This document shows, one piece after another, positions 20,301 through 28,816 of a stretch of 64,000 nt of DNA. Source of the DNA: a virus; the IMG/VR virus record IMGVR_UViG_3300042988_001121, positions 64,001 through 128,000 of that record. One strand, given 5' to 3'. The notes under the pieces were generated by a model that was given only the letters and a program-made list of their open reading frames with translations, did not search any database and was not told where the DNA came from. The position numbers and the translations under genes were made by a program. Each line of letters starts with the position of its first letter. Within the stretch, counting starts at the first letter, position 1.

Positions 20301-20852
20301 ATGAGTAAATTAGATTTTATAACAAAATATGGTAGCCCGAATGCAGTTAAATCTATCCCATCCAGAATAGATAAGATATTGGATTCTGGTAGTTCGGATG
20401 AAAAAAGGGACGTTATTCGTCATCCAAATGCATCGTCGGAAAATATTTCGAAGGCATTGAATGATGAAGACTATTGGGTTAGACATTTCGCTATCAAACA
20501 TCCAAACGCAACCAAAGAACATATTTCGAAGGCTTTGGGTGATGAAGAATATCGATTTAGAAGGGCTGCTATTGAAAATCCAAATGCAACCAAAGAACAC
20601 ATTACAAAAGCATTGAATGACAAAGACTGGCATGTTAGACAATCTGCTATTCAACACCGAAATGCAACACCAGAGCACATATCGAAGGCTTTGGGTGATG
20701 AAGAATGGTTTGTTAGAAGGGATGCTATCCGGCATCCAAATGCAACCAAAGAACACATATCGAAGGCTCTAGATGACAAAGACAGTACGGTTAGACGTGC
20801 TGCTATCAACCATATATCAGACGAGGATCTTTTAAATGCGTTGAATAGTTGA
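20301..20852 (+). CDS. HEAT/LRV-like tandem-repeat protein
   Basis: About 5.5 copies of the 26-aa unit SKAL.D.(D/E)..VR..AI.HPNATKEHI. Confidence 0.85.
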   Translation: MSKLDFITKYGSPNAVKSIPSRIDKILDSGSSDEKRDVIRHPNASSENISKALNDEDYWVRHFAIKHPNATKEHISKALGDEEYRFRRAAIENPNATKEHITKALNDKDWHVRQSAIQHRNATPEHISKALGDEEWFVRRDAIRHPNATKEHISKALDDKDSTVRRAAINHISDEDLLNALNS

Positions 20853-20886
20853 ATGCTATTCGACTAAAACTTTTCTAACTTAAAAT

Positions 20887-20905
20887 AAGACGCTTCGGCG
20901 TCTTT
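20887..20905 (+). terminator. terminator-like hairpin (UUCG loop)
   Basis: AAGACGC-TTCG-GCGTCTT, short T tract. Confidence 0.7.
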
Positions 20906-20921
20906 AACTTTACCTATTATT

Positions 20922-22157
20922 ATGTTTAAATTTGAATTTGAAAACGATTATCTTTTGAGTTATCTACGGCTATGCGATTCCTGTTTATCAAGGGATGAAG
21001 TAGAAATTGGTGAATGTCATCATGTGTTCCCTCGCGCTATCTTCGGCAATAACGACTACACCGTTAAAATGACTTATCAGGAGCATTTTAAGGCGCACTG
21101 GTATCTCTGCAAGGCTTATGAAGAAGCGGGGCTTAAAAGACCATTTATGCAGATGGCAAAGGCATTATTCAGCTTCGTTGGTATTGCTGATTATCGGCGT
21201 TCAATCATTGACAATTTTACCGAAGAAGAAATTGATGAACTGGCTCCGCTGATTGCAGAGGCTCGCGAATACAACAGAATCAGTTCTATCGGTGAATTGA
21301 ATGGATTCTATGGAAAGACTCATAGTCCAGAGAGTGCTGCTAAGATGAGTTCGGCTCGCAAAGGAAAAGTTTTGTCGGAGGAAACGAGGGGTAAAATTTC
21401 TCGATATATGAGTACAAGAGATAAGAATTTTGTCAGATATTACCCGCATCACGATATAACAACAAAAGAGAATTTCTATTTTTCGATGAATGATATAAAA
21501 ATGGGGTTGGTCCCGGAAAATTTCGTTCGAGGTAGATACATTACTGAAAAAGAGAGACTCAAAAGAAGTCTTGCTATGAAACAGGCGTCCGATAATTTCG
21601 ATTATCATTGGGTTAAACGAGGTAAGGATAGTGAACTATACGAAAGTAAACACGCCTACAATCCAATGACAGGAGATCGTATTAGAATTCTTTTGGGACA
21701 AGAAATTCCAGAAGGTTGGGTATACGGAATGGTACAGGACGATGAGTGGAAACAAAAAAGAATTGCCGCATCAAGGGCTAAAATAAAGGGAGTGAAAAAT
21801 GATTATACTGCCAATGTTATAAACAAAGACCCGGAAAAGATCAGAAAAACTGCCGAGAAACATCGAGGGATGAAAAGAAGTGATGCCGCACGCAAAAACA
21901 TAAGCGAAGCTATTAAAAAGGCTTACCAAGAAAAAGGAAGCAAAAGAAACGGAGCTAAAAAGTATTTTGATTTAATTAACAGAAAGGTAATTTTTCTTCA
22001 TCCCGAACAATATGAAATGCGACCAGACAAAGAAAATCTAACAGATGAACAAATGATTCGCATAAGAAACATAGAAACAGGTAGCATAACTTATAAAACA
22101 ATGAAAGAAGAAATGCCGGTTGGGTATGAAATAGTTAATAAAAATAAATACTGTTAA
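20922..22157 (+). CDS. free-standing HNH homing endonuclease with NUMOD3-like DNA-binding repeats
   Basis: ECHHVFPRAIFG..MTYQEHFKAHWYL; FYGKTHSPESAAKMS..RKGKVLSEETRGKIS; HRGMKRSDAARKNIS. Confidence 0.85.
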   Translation: MFKFEFENDYLLSYLRLCDSCLSRDEVEIGECHHVFPRAIFGNNDYTVKMTYQEHFKAHWYLCKAYEEAGLKRPFMQMAKALFSFVGIADYRRSIIDNFTEEEIDELAPLIAEAREYNRISSIGELNGFYGKTHSPESAAKMSSARKGKVLSEETRGKISRYMSTRDKNFVRYYPHHDITTKENFYFSMNDIKMGLVPENFVRGRYITEKERLKRSLAMKQASDNFDYHWVKRGKDSELYESKHAYNPMTGDRIRILLGQEIPEGWVYGMVQDDEWKQKRIAASRAKIKGVKNDYTANVINKDPEKIRKTAEKHRGMKRSDAARKNISEAIKKAYQEKGSKRNGAKKYFDLINRKVIFLHPEQYEMRPDKENLTDEQMIRIRNIETGSITYKTMKEEMPVGYEIVNKNKYC

Positions 22158-22178
22158 TTTTAAAACTATTTCGTATCA

Positions 22179-23795
22179 ATGAATAAAAAATATTATCAGA
22201 ACAACGAATCTCTAAAGGCGGCTGGCGCACCTGTAAACTTTACTTTACAACAGGTTGAAGAATATAGGAAATGCGCAGCCGACCCGATTTATTTTCTTCG
22301 TAATTATGCCAAGATCGTTTCTCTTGATAAAGGTATAATCAATTTTGATCTGTTTTCTTATCAGGAAAGAATGATCAATGCGATGCATGAGAATAGATAT
22401 ATCATTTCCATGCTGCCGAGACAGATGGGGAAATCTACTGTCGTTGCTGGTTATGTCGCGTGGTACGTCACATTCAATGACAATAAAAATGCGGTTATTC
22501 TTGCAAATAAACAATTGATTGCGCAAGAGATTTTTGGGCGCGTAAAGATGATCATTGAGAATCTACCATATTGGATGCAATCTGGTATTTCCAAATGGGA
22601 CGAATTATCATTTAAGCTCGAAAACGGGTCTAAATGCTCATGCGCAGCAACAAGTCCCGCGTCCGTGCGTGGAAATTCGATAAATATGCTAATTTTGGAT
22701 GAATTTTCCCATCTAAAACCAAAATTAGCTGACGAATTTATCGCTTCTGTGTTTCCTACTATTTCTTCGGCGAAAAGCTCTAAAATGATTATTGTTTCTA
22801 CCCCAAAGGGAATGAACCATTTTCATAAATTGTGGAGCGATGCACAGGAAGGAAAAAATGATTTTGTTGCAATTGAAGCTAAATGGAACGAGAACCCGAA
22901 TAGGGATCAGGAGTGGGCTGATAAAGAATTGAAGACGTTGGGACCAGTAAGATTCGCACAGGAAGTTGAGTGCTCGTTTGCTGGCTCCAGTCGTACATTG
23001 GTTGACGGAACATTTCTATCAAACCTCGCGTCAATAGCCCCTGTATTCGAACAAAATAATCTAAAAATATATAAGCACCCTGAAAAAGAACATCGATACA
23101 CAACGATTGTTGACACATCTAGAGGTCAGCATCTAGATTACTCTGCGTTCGCCATCATTGATATTACGAAGATGCCATATGAGGTTGTTGCTACGTACAA
23201 AGACAACACCATATCAACATCAGCATATCCGTTTTTAATTACACAGACAGCGAAGAAATATAACGACGCATATATTCTGATTGAAGTCAATGATGCTGGC
23301 GGAGAAATTGCCAATACAATCTGGTATGAGTTTGAATACGAGAATCTTTATTTCACTCACAAAGATACCATTGCAGAGGGGCTAGGATACCCCGGTATCA
23401 GGACAACGAAAAAAGTTAAGGCAGTTGGTTGCTCTACGCTCAAAGAATTGATCGAAACCGATCAATTGATCTTGAACAGCTATGACATGATTCAAGAACT
23501 CTCTGTGTTCACTCAGAAGGGCGCTTCCTATGCAGCAGAGGATACCATGATCAACGACGACCTAACAACGTGCCTCTGGTTATTTGCATATCTTACTAAA
23601 CAGCAGATATTCTCTGATCTGACTTCAACAAATATTCGTGCCATTCTTGCGAAACAGCAAGAGGAATACATGCAGGATAACATGATTCCATTTGGTATCA
23701 TTGATGATGGTACAGAGACAGAGGAAGTTCCTCTGGCAAGTTATGTCATCGACAATGGAAGAAGCCCTCTTGAGAACTGGATGCTAGGTGTCTAG
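22179..23795 (+). CDS. 17: terminase large subunit (T4 gp17-like)
   Basis: YQERM adenine motif, Walker A PRQMGKST, Walker B LILDEF, VSTPKG, RFAQE, nuclease DTSRG and DDL. Confidence 0.97.
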   Translation: MNKKYYQNNESLKAAGAPVNFTLQQVEEYRKCAADPIYFLRNYAKIVSLDKGIINFDLFSYQERMINAMHENRYIISMLPRQMGKSTVVAGYVAWYVTFNDNKNAVILANKQLIAQEIFGRVKMIIENLPYWMQSGISKWDELSFKLENGSKCSCAATSPASVRGNSINMLILDEFSHLKPKLADEFIASVFPTISSAKSSKMIIVSTPKGMNHFHKLWSDAQEGKNDFVAIEAKWNENPNRDQEWADKELKTLGPVRFAQEVECSFAGSSRTLVDGTFLSNLASIAPVFEQNNLKIYKHPEKEHRYTTIVDTSRGQHLDYSAFAIIDITKMPYEVVATYKDNTISTSAYPFLITQTAKKYNDAYILIEVNDAGGEIANTIWYEFEYENLYFTHKDTIAEGLGYPGIRTTKKVKAVGCSTLKELIETDQLILNSYDMIQELSVFTQKGASYAAEDTMINDDLTTCLWLFAYLTKQQIFSDLTSTNIRAILAKQQEEYMQDNMIPFGIIDDGTETEEVPLASYVIDNGRSPLENWMLGV

Positions 23796-23953
23796 AAACA
23801 TCTTCCGTTAATGATGTTAAAACAAGGCTCTGTCCTGTAATCTCTCTTATAAGCAGGTTTCGGTATCGGAATGTGATTCTGTTTTACCGGAACCTTTGTT
23901 GGCGTCAAAGCAAATGAGTTTGATGCCAGAAGAATGATTAGAAAGAATCTCAT
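23792..23953 (-). CDS. small secreted peptide (not in ORF track)
   Basis: MRFFLIILLASNSFALTPTKVPVKQNHIPIPKPAYKRDYRTEPCFNIINGRCF*; ATGA overlap with upstream stop. Confidence 0.5.
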   Translation of the reverse strand: MRFFLIILLASNSFALTPTKVPVKQNHIPIPKPAYKRDYRTEPCFNIINGRCF

Positions 23954-24279
23954 TCGTAGACAATGATAGTTTTCTCTTTTGGAGACACTTCAAACATTCC
24001 TGTGAATGTCTCTCCGTCATAAGAGGCGTAATAGCCATCGAATTTGATGTAAGTCACTTCATAACCGAAAGTGAATTTGAAGACTGTCCAGTTCTCTGAA
24101 ACGTCTTCGCTACCTTCGCACCGCGTAACGTACTCACACTTGATTTCACCCAACTTATTGAATTTTTCTACTGCTACGTCTAAATTATAAAAGAAACCAA
24201 GGGTAAGATCGGTTTCTTTGATCAGTTTTGTTACATCATTAAAAAGTGGTGTCATAATAACCTCAGAGGTAGTAAACAT
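23950..24279 (-). CDS. hypothetical protein, paralog family A (YIKFDGxYxSYDG)
   Basis: Shares C-terminal motif with 38782, 39218 and 40016 ORFs. Confidence 0.8.
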   Translation of the reverse strand: MFTTSEVIMTPLFNDVTKLIKETDLTLGFFYNLDVAVEKFNKLGEIKCEYVTRCEGSEDVSENWTVFKFTFGYEVTYIKFDGYYASYDGETFTGMFEVSPKEKTIIVYE

Positions 24280-24301
24280 TTTAGCTCCTGTTGATGTATT
24301 T

Positions 24302-24335
24302 ATTATAACACAACAGAAGCAATGTGTAGATTATT
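24302..24335 (-). promoter_or_regulatory. early promoter cassette copy 1
   Basis: minus strand AATAATCTACACA-N-TGTGTTATAAT; contains the stop of the 24331 ORF. Confidence 0.85.
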
Positions 24336-24927
24336 TGATTTGTTTACCTGTTGTTCCAAGAAGAACTTTTGTGTGCCACTCGTCACCAATTTTACGAGAA
24401 TAGAGATTATTGTGTAACTCCGGGTGAGCCAACATTTCAGGATCAGTTGGATGTGGTCTACGAATTTCTTCGCCCTTGCTGGTATGATAATCATGTGCTT
24501 CATCGTAGGTCTTGGCAAACTCTCCGACGTTCATGTGTCTCTTACTGAAAGCAAGAGATTTTCCTGAAATTTCGACATGAGAACGATTTCTCTTAAGATC
24601 GTCCTTCATTATCGATGATAGAGCGTTCTTTCCTTCAGGTGAGCCATCTGTTGCAACGGCGACTCGTTTTCTTCCGTTCGAATCCTTGTACATCGCAACG
24701 GCATTGATTTTACCGTCCTTGCGACTTATTTTCCACATGGGAATCTTATTCACCATTTCCTCTGGTGAAGCGAATCCGCTGCCTTTTAATCCGCCCTGTG
24801 ATTCATAGGCTCGATGCAGCATCCCGTGGATTTCTTCGGCATGCCTTCTTTTTTCTTCCTCATGTTTAGGCAAGAAGTTTTTGAATGATTCGACTAAATG
24901 TAGGTACTGTGAAAATGTTTTCATCAT
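24331..24927 (-). CDS. hypothetical protein with capsid-targeting-like N-terminus
   Basis: MKTFSQYLHLVE resembles the T4 CTS MKTYQEFIAE. Confidence 0.7.
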   Translation of the reverse strand: MMKTFSQYLHLVESFKNFLPKHEEEKRRHAEEIHGMLHRAYESQGGLKGSGFASPEEMVNKIPMWKISRKDGKINAVAMYKDSNGRKRVAVATDGSPEGKNALSSIMKDDLKRNRSHVEISGKSLAFSKRHMNVGEFAKTYDEAHDYHTSKGEEIRRPHPTDPEMLAHPELHNNLYSRKIGDEWHTKVLLGTTGKQIK

Positions 24928-25460
24928 GACAACTGGTTATTGTCGTATTTAATTACATTAACAAGAATGTCAGCATTTTCTTCTGTCATCCTGTGACCAC
25001 CAGTTGAATAGACGATCTTACCAAGCCCGTTATAAATCTTGGCAGCGAATTGGCATGGAACTACATTGTCATCTGTGTTCAGGACAATAACTCTTGGTGT
25101 TGTTAGATTGATCCCTTTGATGCAGCACTTTTTGTATTGTTCAAGCACTTCATCTGTTACGCCGTATTTTTTTAATGATGTTGCTGGTAGCAGACTAGGA
25201 TTGCATAGATACAATGAAGAAGGAATGATGTTGGCTATCTGTTCTGCATACCATCCACCAAGAGAAGACGCAACGATCATCGGATACTGACCATTAGCGT
25301 TGATCTGTTCGACCATTCTTGCAACAGATTCTTTTGGGTTATTTGAATCGTACTCCAATGCAATGAATTCAATTTCTCTGCCAAGTTTCTCTTTGATCAT
25401 TGCACCGGTTGATGACTTCTTATTGGAACCAAAGCCATGAATGTAATAAACTGTGTTCAT
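24924..25460 (-). CDS. YqiA/UPF0227-like alpha/beta hydrolase (esterase)
   Basis: YIHGFGS, ASSLGG nucleophile elbow, DDNVV, GGH. Confidence 0.88.
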   Translation of the reverse strand: MNTVYYIHGFGSNKKSSTGAMIKEKLGREIEFIALEYDSNNPKESVARMVEQINANGQYPMIVASSLGGWYAEQIANIIPSSLYLCNPSLLPATSLKKYGVTDEVLEQYKKCCIKGINLTTPRVIVLNTDDNVVPCQFAAKIYNGLGKIVYSTGGHRMTEENADILVNVIKYDNNQLS

Positions 25461-25492
25461 TTAATTCTCCTGTTGGTTCTATTGTAACACAC

Positions 25493-25675
25493 TTATTTTG
25501 ATTTGAATGCATCAGCTAACTGAACATCCGTAAGAGAGTCAAAGAAGGCGATTGTTTTCTCTTGGCTGTTGTGATTAGCCAGAAAATAATTCACCTTCTT
25601 CCCTGTCTTGGTGTCCGTGAACGAGAATGTGTTTCCTTGGTGGCTGAATTGATAACGATCAGAATAGTTTTTCAT
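25493..25675 (-). CDS. hypothetical protein
   Basis: MKNYSDRY..., SD GAGGA upstream. Confidence 0.6.
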   Translation of the reverse strand: MKNYSDRYQFSHQGNTFSFTDTKTGKKVNYFLANHNSQEKTIAFFDSLTDVQLADAFKSK

Positions 25676-26651
25676 TATAAAAATCCTCAATAAGTTCTTC
25701 TAGTTCCTCTTGTGGCATGAGAATTATAACAGCCGGATCGAACCTAGAATCCCTTTTTATCATGCTCATAAAGATTCCTAATTCCTTGCCATCAAGACCA
25801 GTAATGATTCGGACTAGCTCTCCGTTCAGTTTGATTCGATATTCTTGTTTGAATAACATTTCCTTGATGACAGTCTCATATCGATCTTTAAGCCCCGGAA
25901 ACTTATCAAAGACAGCATTGAGTCGAGTCATATCTTTTTTCTTGGGAACACCAATCGCCTCGGGATGGTCGTCCAAGTATTTCAAGAACGCAATGTACTG
26001 TGGTCGTTTCTTGTCACGAGTTCTTGCGACTGCATTAAGATTCTCGAATGAATAAGATTCGCGACGGAATACAGGGCTGGTGGTGACATAGTGATACATG
26101 TCTTCTAATGTATCAAACCCTTTATTGAAGGTATCGGTATCAAGCCCCACCAATTCAAGAAACTCGTCATGATCCAATGTTACCAATAGTTCGGTATAAA
26201 GGTGATCCTTATCGCGAACCGGTAGAAGAAGTCCAGTATGACCGTGTTTCAGCCCATAATGCTTCGCCAGATTTCCTAGTAGGTTTCCGAGGTCGCCATT
26301 ATTGAAATACGCCTTAGCATAGTCGAAAGACGAAGAAGGAACAGTAATAAAATCTATTTGCAACTCACGATAATCGAAACTTGCAACGCTTCCGTTAATG
26401 AAAATGTCTTTAGGAGCGAATCCGATACCGTTGAGAACATTCTCGTTAATCGGGAAACTTACCAAAACATCCATGTCGCCGAAGGATTCTTTTTCGCCGA
26501 CATTCTCAAGGACATGGTAACGTAGATTGAATGAAGGATGAAATTTTGAAATGTAAGAATCAAGAAGTTTACTTACTTCCGAGACACGCTCAAGATAATC
26601 GTCTTTACTCATTCTACGGGTCGTAGTATTCTTTAATGCATTGCCGCCCAT
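25659..26651 (-). CDS. Pol-beta-superfamily nucleotidyltransferase-like protein
   Basis: MGGNA N-terminus; KESFGDMDVLV (G-D-x-D) and a later QIDFI acidic residue. Confidence 0.7.
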   Translation of the reverse strand: MGGNALKNTTTRRMSKDDYLERVSEVSKLLDSYISKFHPSFNLRYHVLENVGEKESFGDMDVLVSFPINENVLNGIGFAPKDIFINGSVASFDYRELQIDFITVPSSSFDYAKAYFNNGDLGNLLGNLAKHYGLKHGHTGLLLPVRDKDHLYTELLVTLDHDEFLELVGLDTDTFNKGFDTLEDMYHYVTTSPVFRRESYSFENLNAVARTRDKKRPQYIAFLKYLDDHPEAIGVPKKKDMTRLNAVFDKFPGLKDRYETVIKEMLFKQEYRIKLNGELVRIITGLDGKELGIFMSMIKRDSRFDPAVIILMPQEELEELIEDFYNEKLF

Positions 26652-26660
26652 GATTACCCC

Positions 26661-26945
26661 TTACTGAACTTGTGCGTCAATGAAACGGATCAGGTCTTCA
26701 GCAAAGACGCCCTCAGAAGAAGCATCTTTTTTGATGACACCCGCACGAATGCGAATGAACTCAATGTCATAGAGGTCAGTTGCTTCGTTATAACGAATCA
26801 CAACATTGCCTTTCCACTTTGCCATTCCGCTTGAACGAAACTGCAACCCATTTCCAATATTAACCAAGTCCTTTGCTCCCCAAGCAAACAGAGCCATTGG
26901 GTCAAGAGTTTTGATCTGTGTCAGGATTGTTTTTGCGATTGTCAT
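26661..26945 (-). CDS. hypothetical protein
   Basis: True start MTIAKT directly after promoter cassette. Confidence 0.75.
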   Translation of the reverse strand: MTIAKTILTQIKTLDPMALFAWGAKDLVNIGNGLQFRSSGMAKWKGNVVIRYNEATDLYDIEFIRIRAGVIKKDASSEGVFAEDLIRFIDAQVQ

Positions 26946-26979
26946 TTTGGACTTTCTGTGTTTCGTTGTTGATGTAGTT

Positions 26980-27014
26980 ATTGTATCACATAAAACTTTT
27001 ATGTGTAGATTATT
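26980..27014 (-). promoter_or_regulatory. early promoter cassette copy 2
   Basis: AATAATCTACACATAAAAGTTTTATGTGATACAAT. Confidence 0.9.
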
Positions 27015-27312
27015 GAATCGATCCTTTTCTGAATGTTGGAGTTTCTTTACCAACACACGAACCACGAACGCCGCTACCATTGACCAGCATTTCAACTAAA
27101 CATTCTTCTTCATCTGACACAAATCTCCAGACAGACCATCCAATCTGTCTGACTCCATCTGGTTTCAATGAAGCAACTACCAGATGGTAATCTTTGACTC
27201 CAATGCTTTTCATTGCATCAGCAGCTTGTCCAGAGTGAATGCTCAGAAAAATCTCGTTCCTGACTTTTGGTCGGTTGGTCAGAGTTTTAACCACCTTATC
27301 GTAGAGCGACAT
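27010..27312 (-). CDS. hypothetical protein
   Basis: MSLYDKVV...; stop lies inside the promoter cassette. Confidence 0.6.
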   Translation of the reverse strand: MSLYDKVVKTLTNRPKVRNEIFLSIHSGQAADAMKSIGVKDYHLVVASLKPDGVRQIGWSVWRFVSDEEECLVEMLVNGSGVRGSCVGKETPTFRKGSIQ

Positions 27313-27347
27313 TGAATGTGTTCCCATTGAAGTTGACATAGTGGGTT

Positions 27348-28142
27348 TCATTTGATGAATTCCTTGCATTTACTCAGTGCAGCCTGACAGTTTAATCTTG
27401 TAATGTACTCAGGTGGATTATAACATAATCCGTATATCATTCCTGCAACTGCGGCAACTGAATCTGAATCACCGGAATGATGGATAGACAATTCTAGGAG
27501 TCTATCAAAATCAGCGCCAGCGTTGATAAAAGAATAGATTGCCATGTCAACACATTCTGTTGCTACCCACCCTTGCCCGAGTTCACTGATATTCAATGCT
27601 GACTCGATCCGATAAGGAAGTTTATTATAGTAGAGATAATCCACCAACGTATCGATTGCAACTCGATTATTTTGGTGATGGTGCGTAATCTCGGCTGATT
27701 CGTACATGGATTTTCTGACAATCTCGGGATCATCAGAAACTGTAAGAAAAGGAAGCAACCGCATCACAGAACCGCAACCGTAACTATTATTGCGGTTGAC
27801 CATTCCGTTATGCAGTCTATAGAGAGAACTCAGACAAGTGTTTCCCGGCGCAGCAACTCTTGCCATCGCTGGATCAGAAGAAAACACGGAATCGGATTCT
27901 ATTCCTACCTGACCTTTCCACCAATTGATGTATGCATGTTTTACATCGCCGTTATGCAAGCCCTCGAATCCAAAAACTGTCATCTGAGTATCGTCTGTCT
28001 CTGATAGAACAGAATATTTTGCGTAATCAAGAATTTGCTTCTTAGTGAAGTCTTCTTTGTCCTTGAATTCAAATGGCTCCCCTACTGCATCAGCAACAGC
28101 AAGACACAGCAGGGAATCGTGAATTTTACTTGGTGAGAACAT
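27348..28142 (-). CDS. ADP-ribosylglycohydrolase (DraG/ARH family)
   Basis: LAVADAVGEPFEF, TDDTQMT, GCGSVMRLLP, GDSDSVAAVAG. Confidence 0.93.
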   Translation of the reverse strand: MFSPSKIHDSLLCLAVADAVGEPFEFKDKEDFTKKQILDYAKYSVLSETDDTQMTVFGFEGLHNGDVKHAYINWWKGQVGIESDSVFSSDPAMARVAAPGNTCLSSLYRLHNGMVNRNNSYGCGSVMRLLPFLTVSDDPEIVRKSMYESAEITHHHQNNRVAIDTLVDYLYYNKLPYRIESALNISELGQGWVATECVDMAIYSFINAGADFDRLLELSIHHSGDSDSVAAVAGMIYGLCYNPPEYITRLNCQAALSKCKEFIK

Positions 28143-28473
28143 AATTTTTGTCGTAGGAACCGATTACGATTCGATTGTACCACGAAACATCAAAATAATC
28201 TGTCATCACATCAGAATTATCGTGATAACCTTCTTTCATGATAGACAGTGCTGCATTCAGATAATCCTTAGCAGCACCGCTGAAGTTTTTGTCGATCCAA
28301 TAATGGTTTACATCGCAATAGTCGTGACCGAAGTCAATTGAGCCTTGCGTGATTCTCAGTGTCAACTCAGAACTGTTTGAGCCTGAGAAACGTGCCTTGA
28401 CTCCAAATTTTTTATTCAACTCTTTCAGAGCAACAGATTTAGTAGCAACTTCGGTTTTAGTGATGTAAGCCAT
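28126..28473 (-). CDS. hypothetical protein (LPD29-like)
   Basis: DNSDVMTDYFDVSWY motif; start MAYITK after SD GGAG. Confidence 0.6.
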   Translation of the reverse strand: MAYITKTEVATKSVALKELNKKFGVKARFSGSNSSELTLRITQGSIDFGHDYCDVNHYWIDKNFSGAAKDYLNAALSIMKEGYHDNSDVMTDYFDVSWYNRIVIGSYDKNYVLTK

Positions 28474-28506
28474 TTTGAACTCCATTTACGTTTCGTTGAT
28501 GGAGTT

Positions 28507-28541
28507 ATTGTATCACAACTAAATTTTATGTGTAGATTATT
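28507..28541 (-). promoter_or_regulatory. early promoter cassette copy 3
   Basis: AAATAATCTACACATAAAATTTAGTTGTGATACAAT. Confidence 0.9.
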
Positions 28542-28707
28542 TTGATGATTTAATTTGATTATTCGGATGCAACAGCCATTTTTCGCCTAACTTCTGTTTT
28601 GCTTCCTCAAGCCGAATCTCATTACGCTGGCGCAGAGCAATCAAATCTGCCTCTGATACAAATACGGATGGTTTCTTGACTTCAAAGAATTTTTTAAAGA
28701 TGTTCAT
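28537..28707 (-). CDS. small hypothetical protein (not in ORF track)
   Basis: MNIFKKFFEVKKPSVFVSEADLIALRQRNEIRLEEAKQKLGEKWLLHPNNQIKSSK*; stop is the TAA of the cassette. Confidence 0.7.
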   Translation of the reverse strand: MNIFKKFFEVKKPSVFVSEADLIALRQRNEIRLEEAKQKLGEKWLLHPNNQIKSSK

Positions 28708-28816
28708 GATCAATTTAAACGAGTTTTGAGAGGTTTAAAGGGGTTGTGGCTATGTTGGTATCAACTTTGGTTTAAAACGGCTGTAATCGTGTTTAAATGC
28801 GTTCTAGAGGGGTTCC

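Noticed and set aside
751-23795. Inteins or introns in gp43, gp41 or gp17
   Set aside because: Lengths and motif spacing are ordinary, with no C/S...HN intein boundaries and no frame interruptions.
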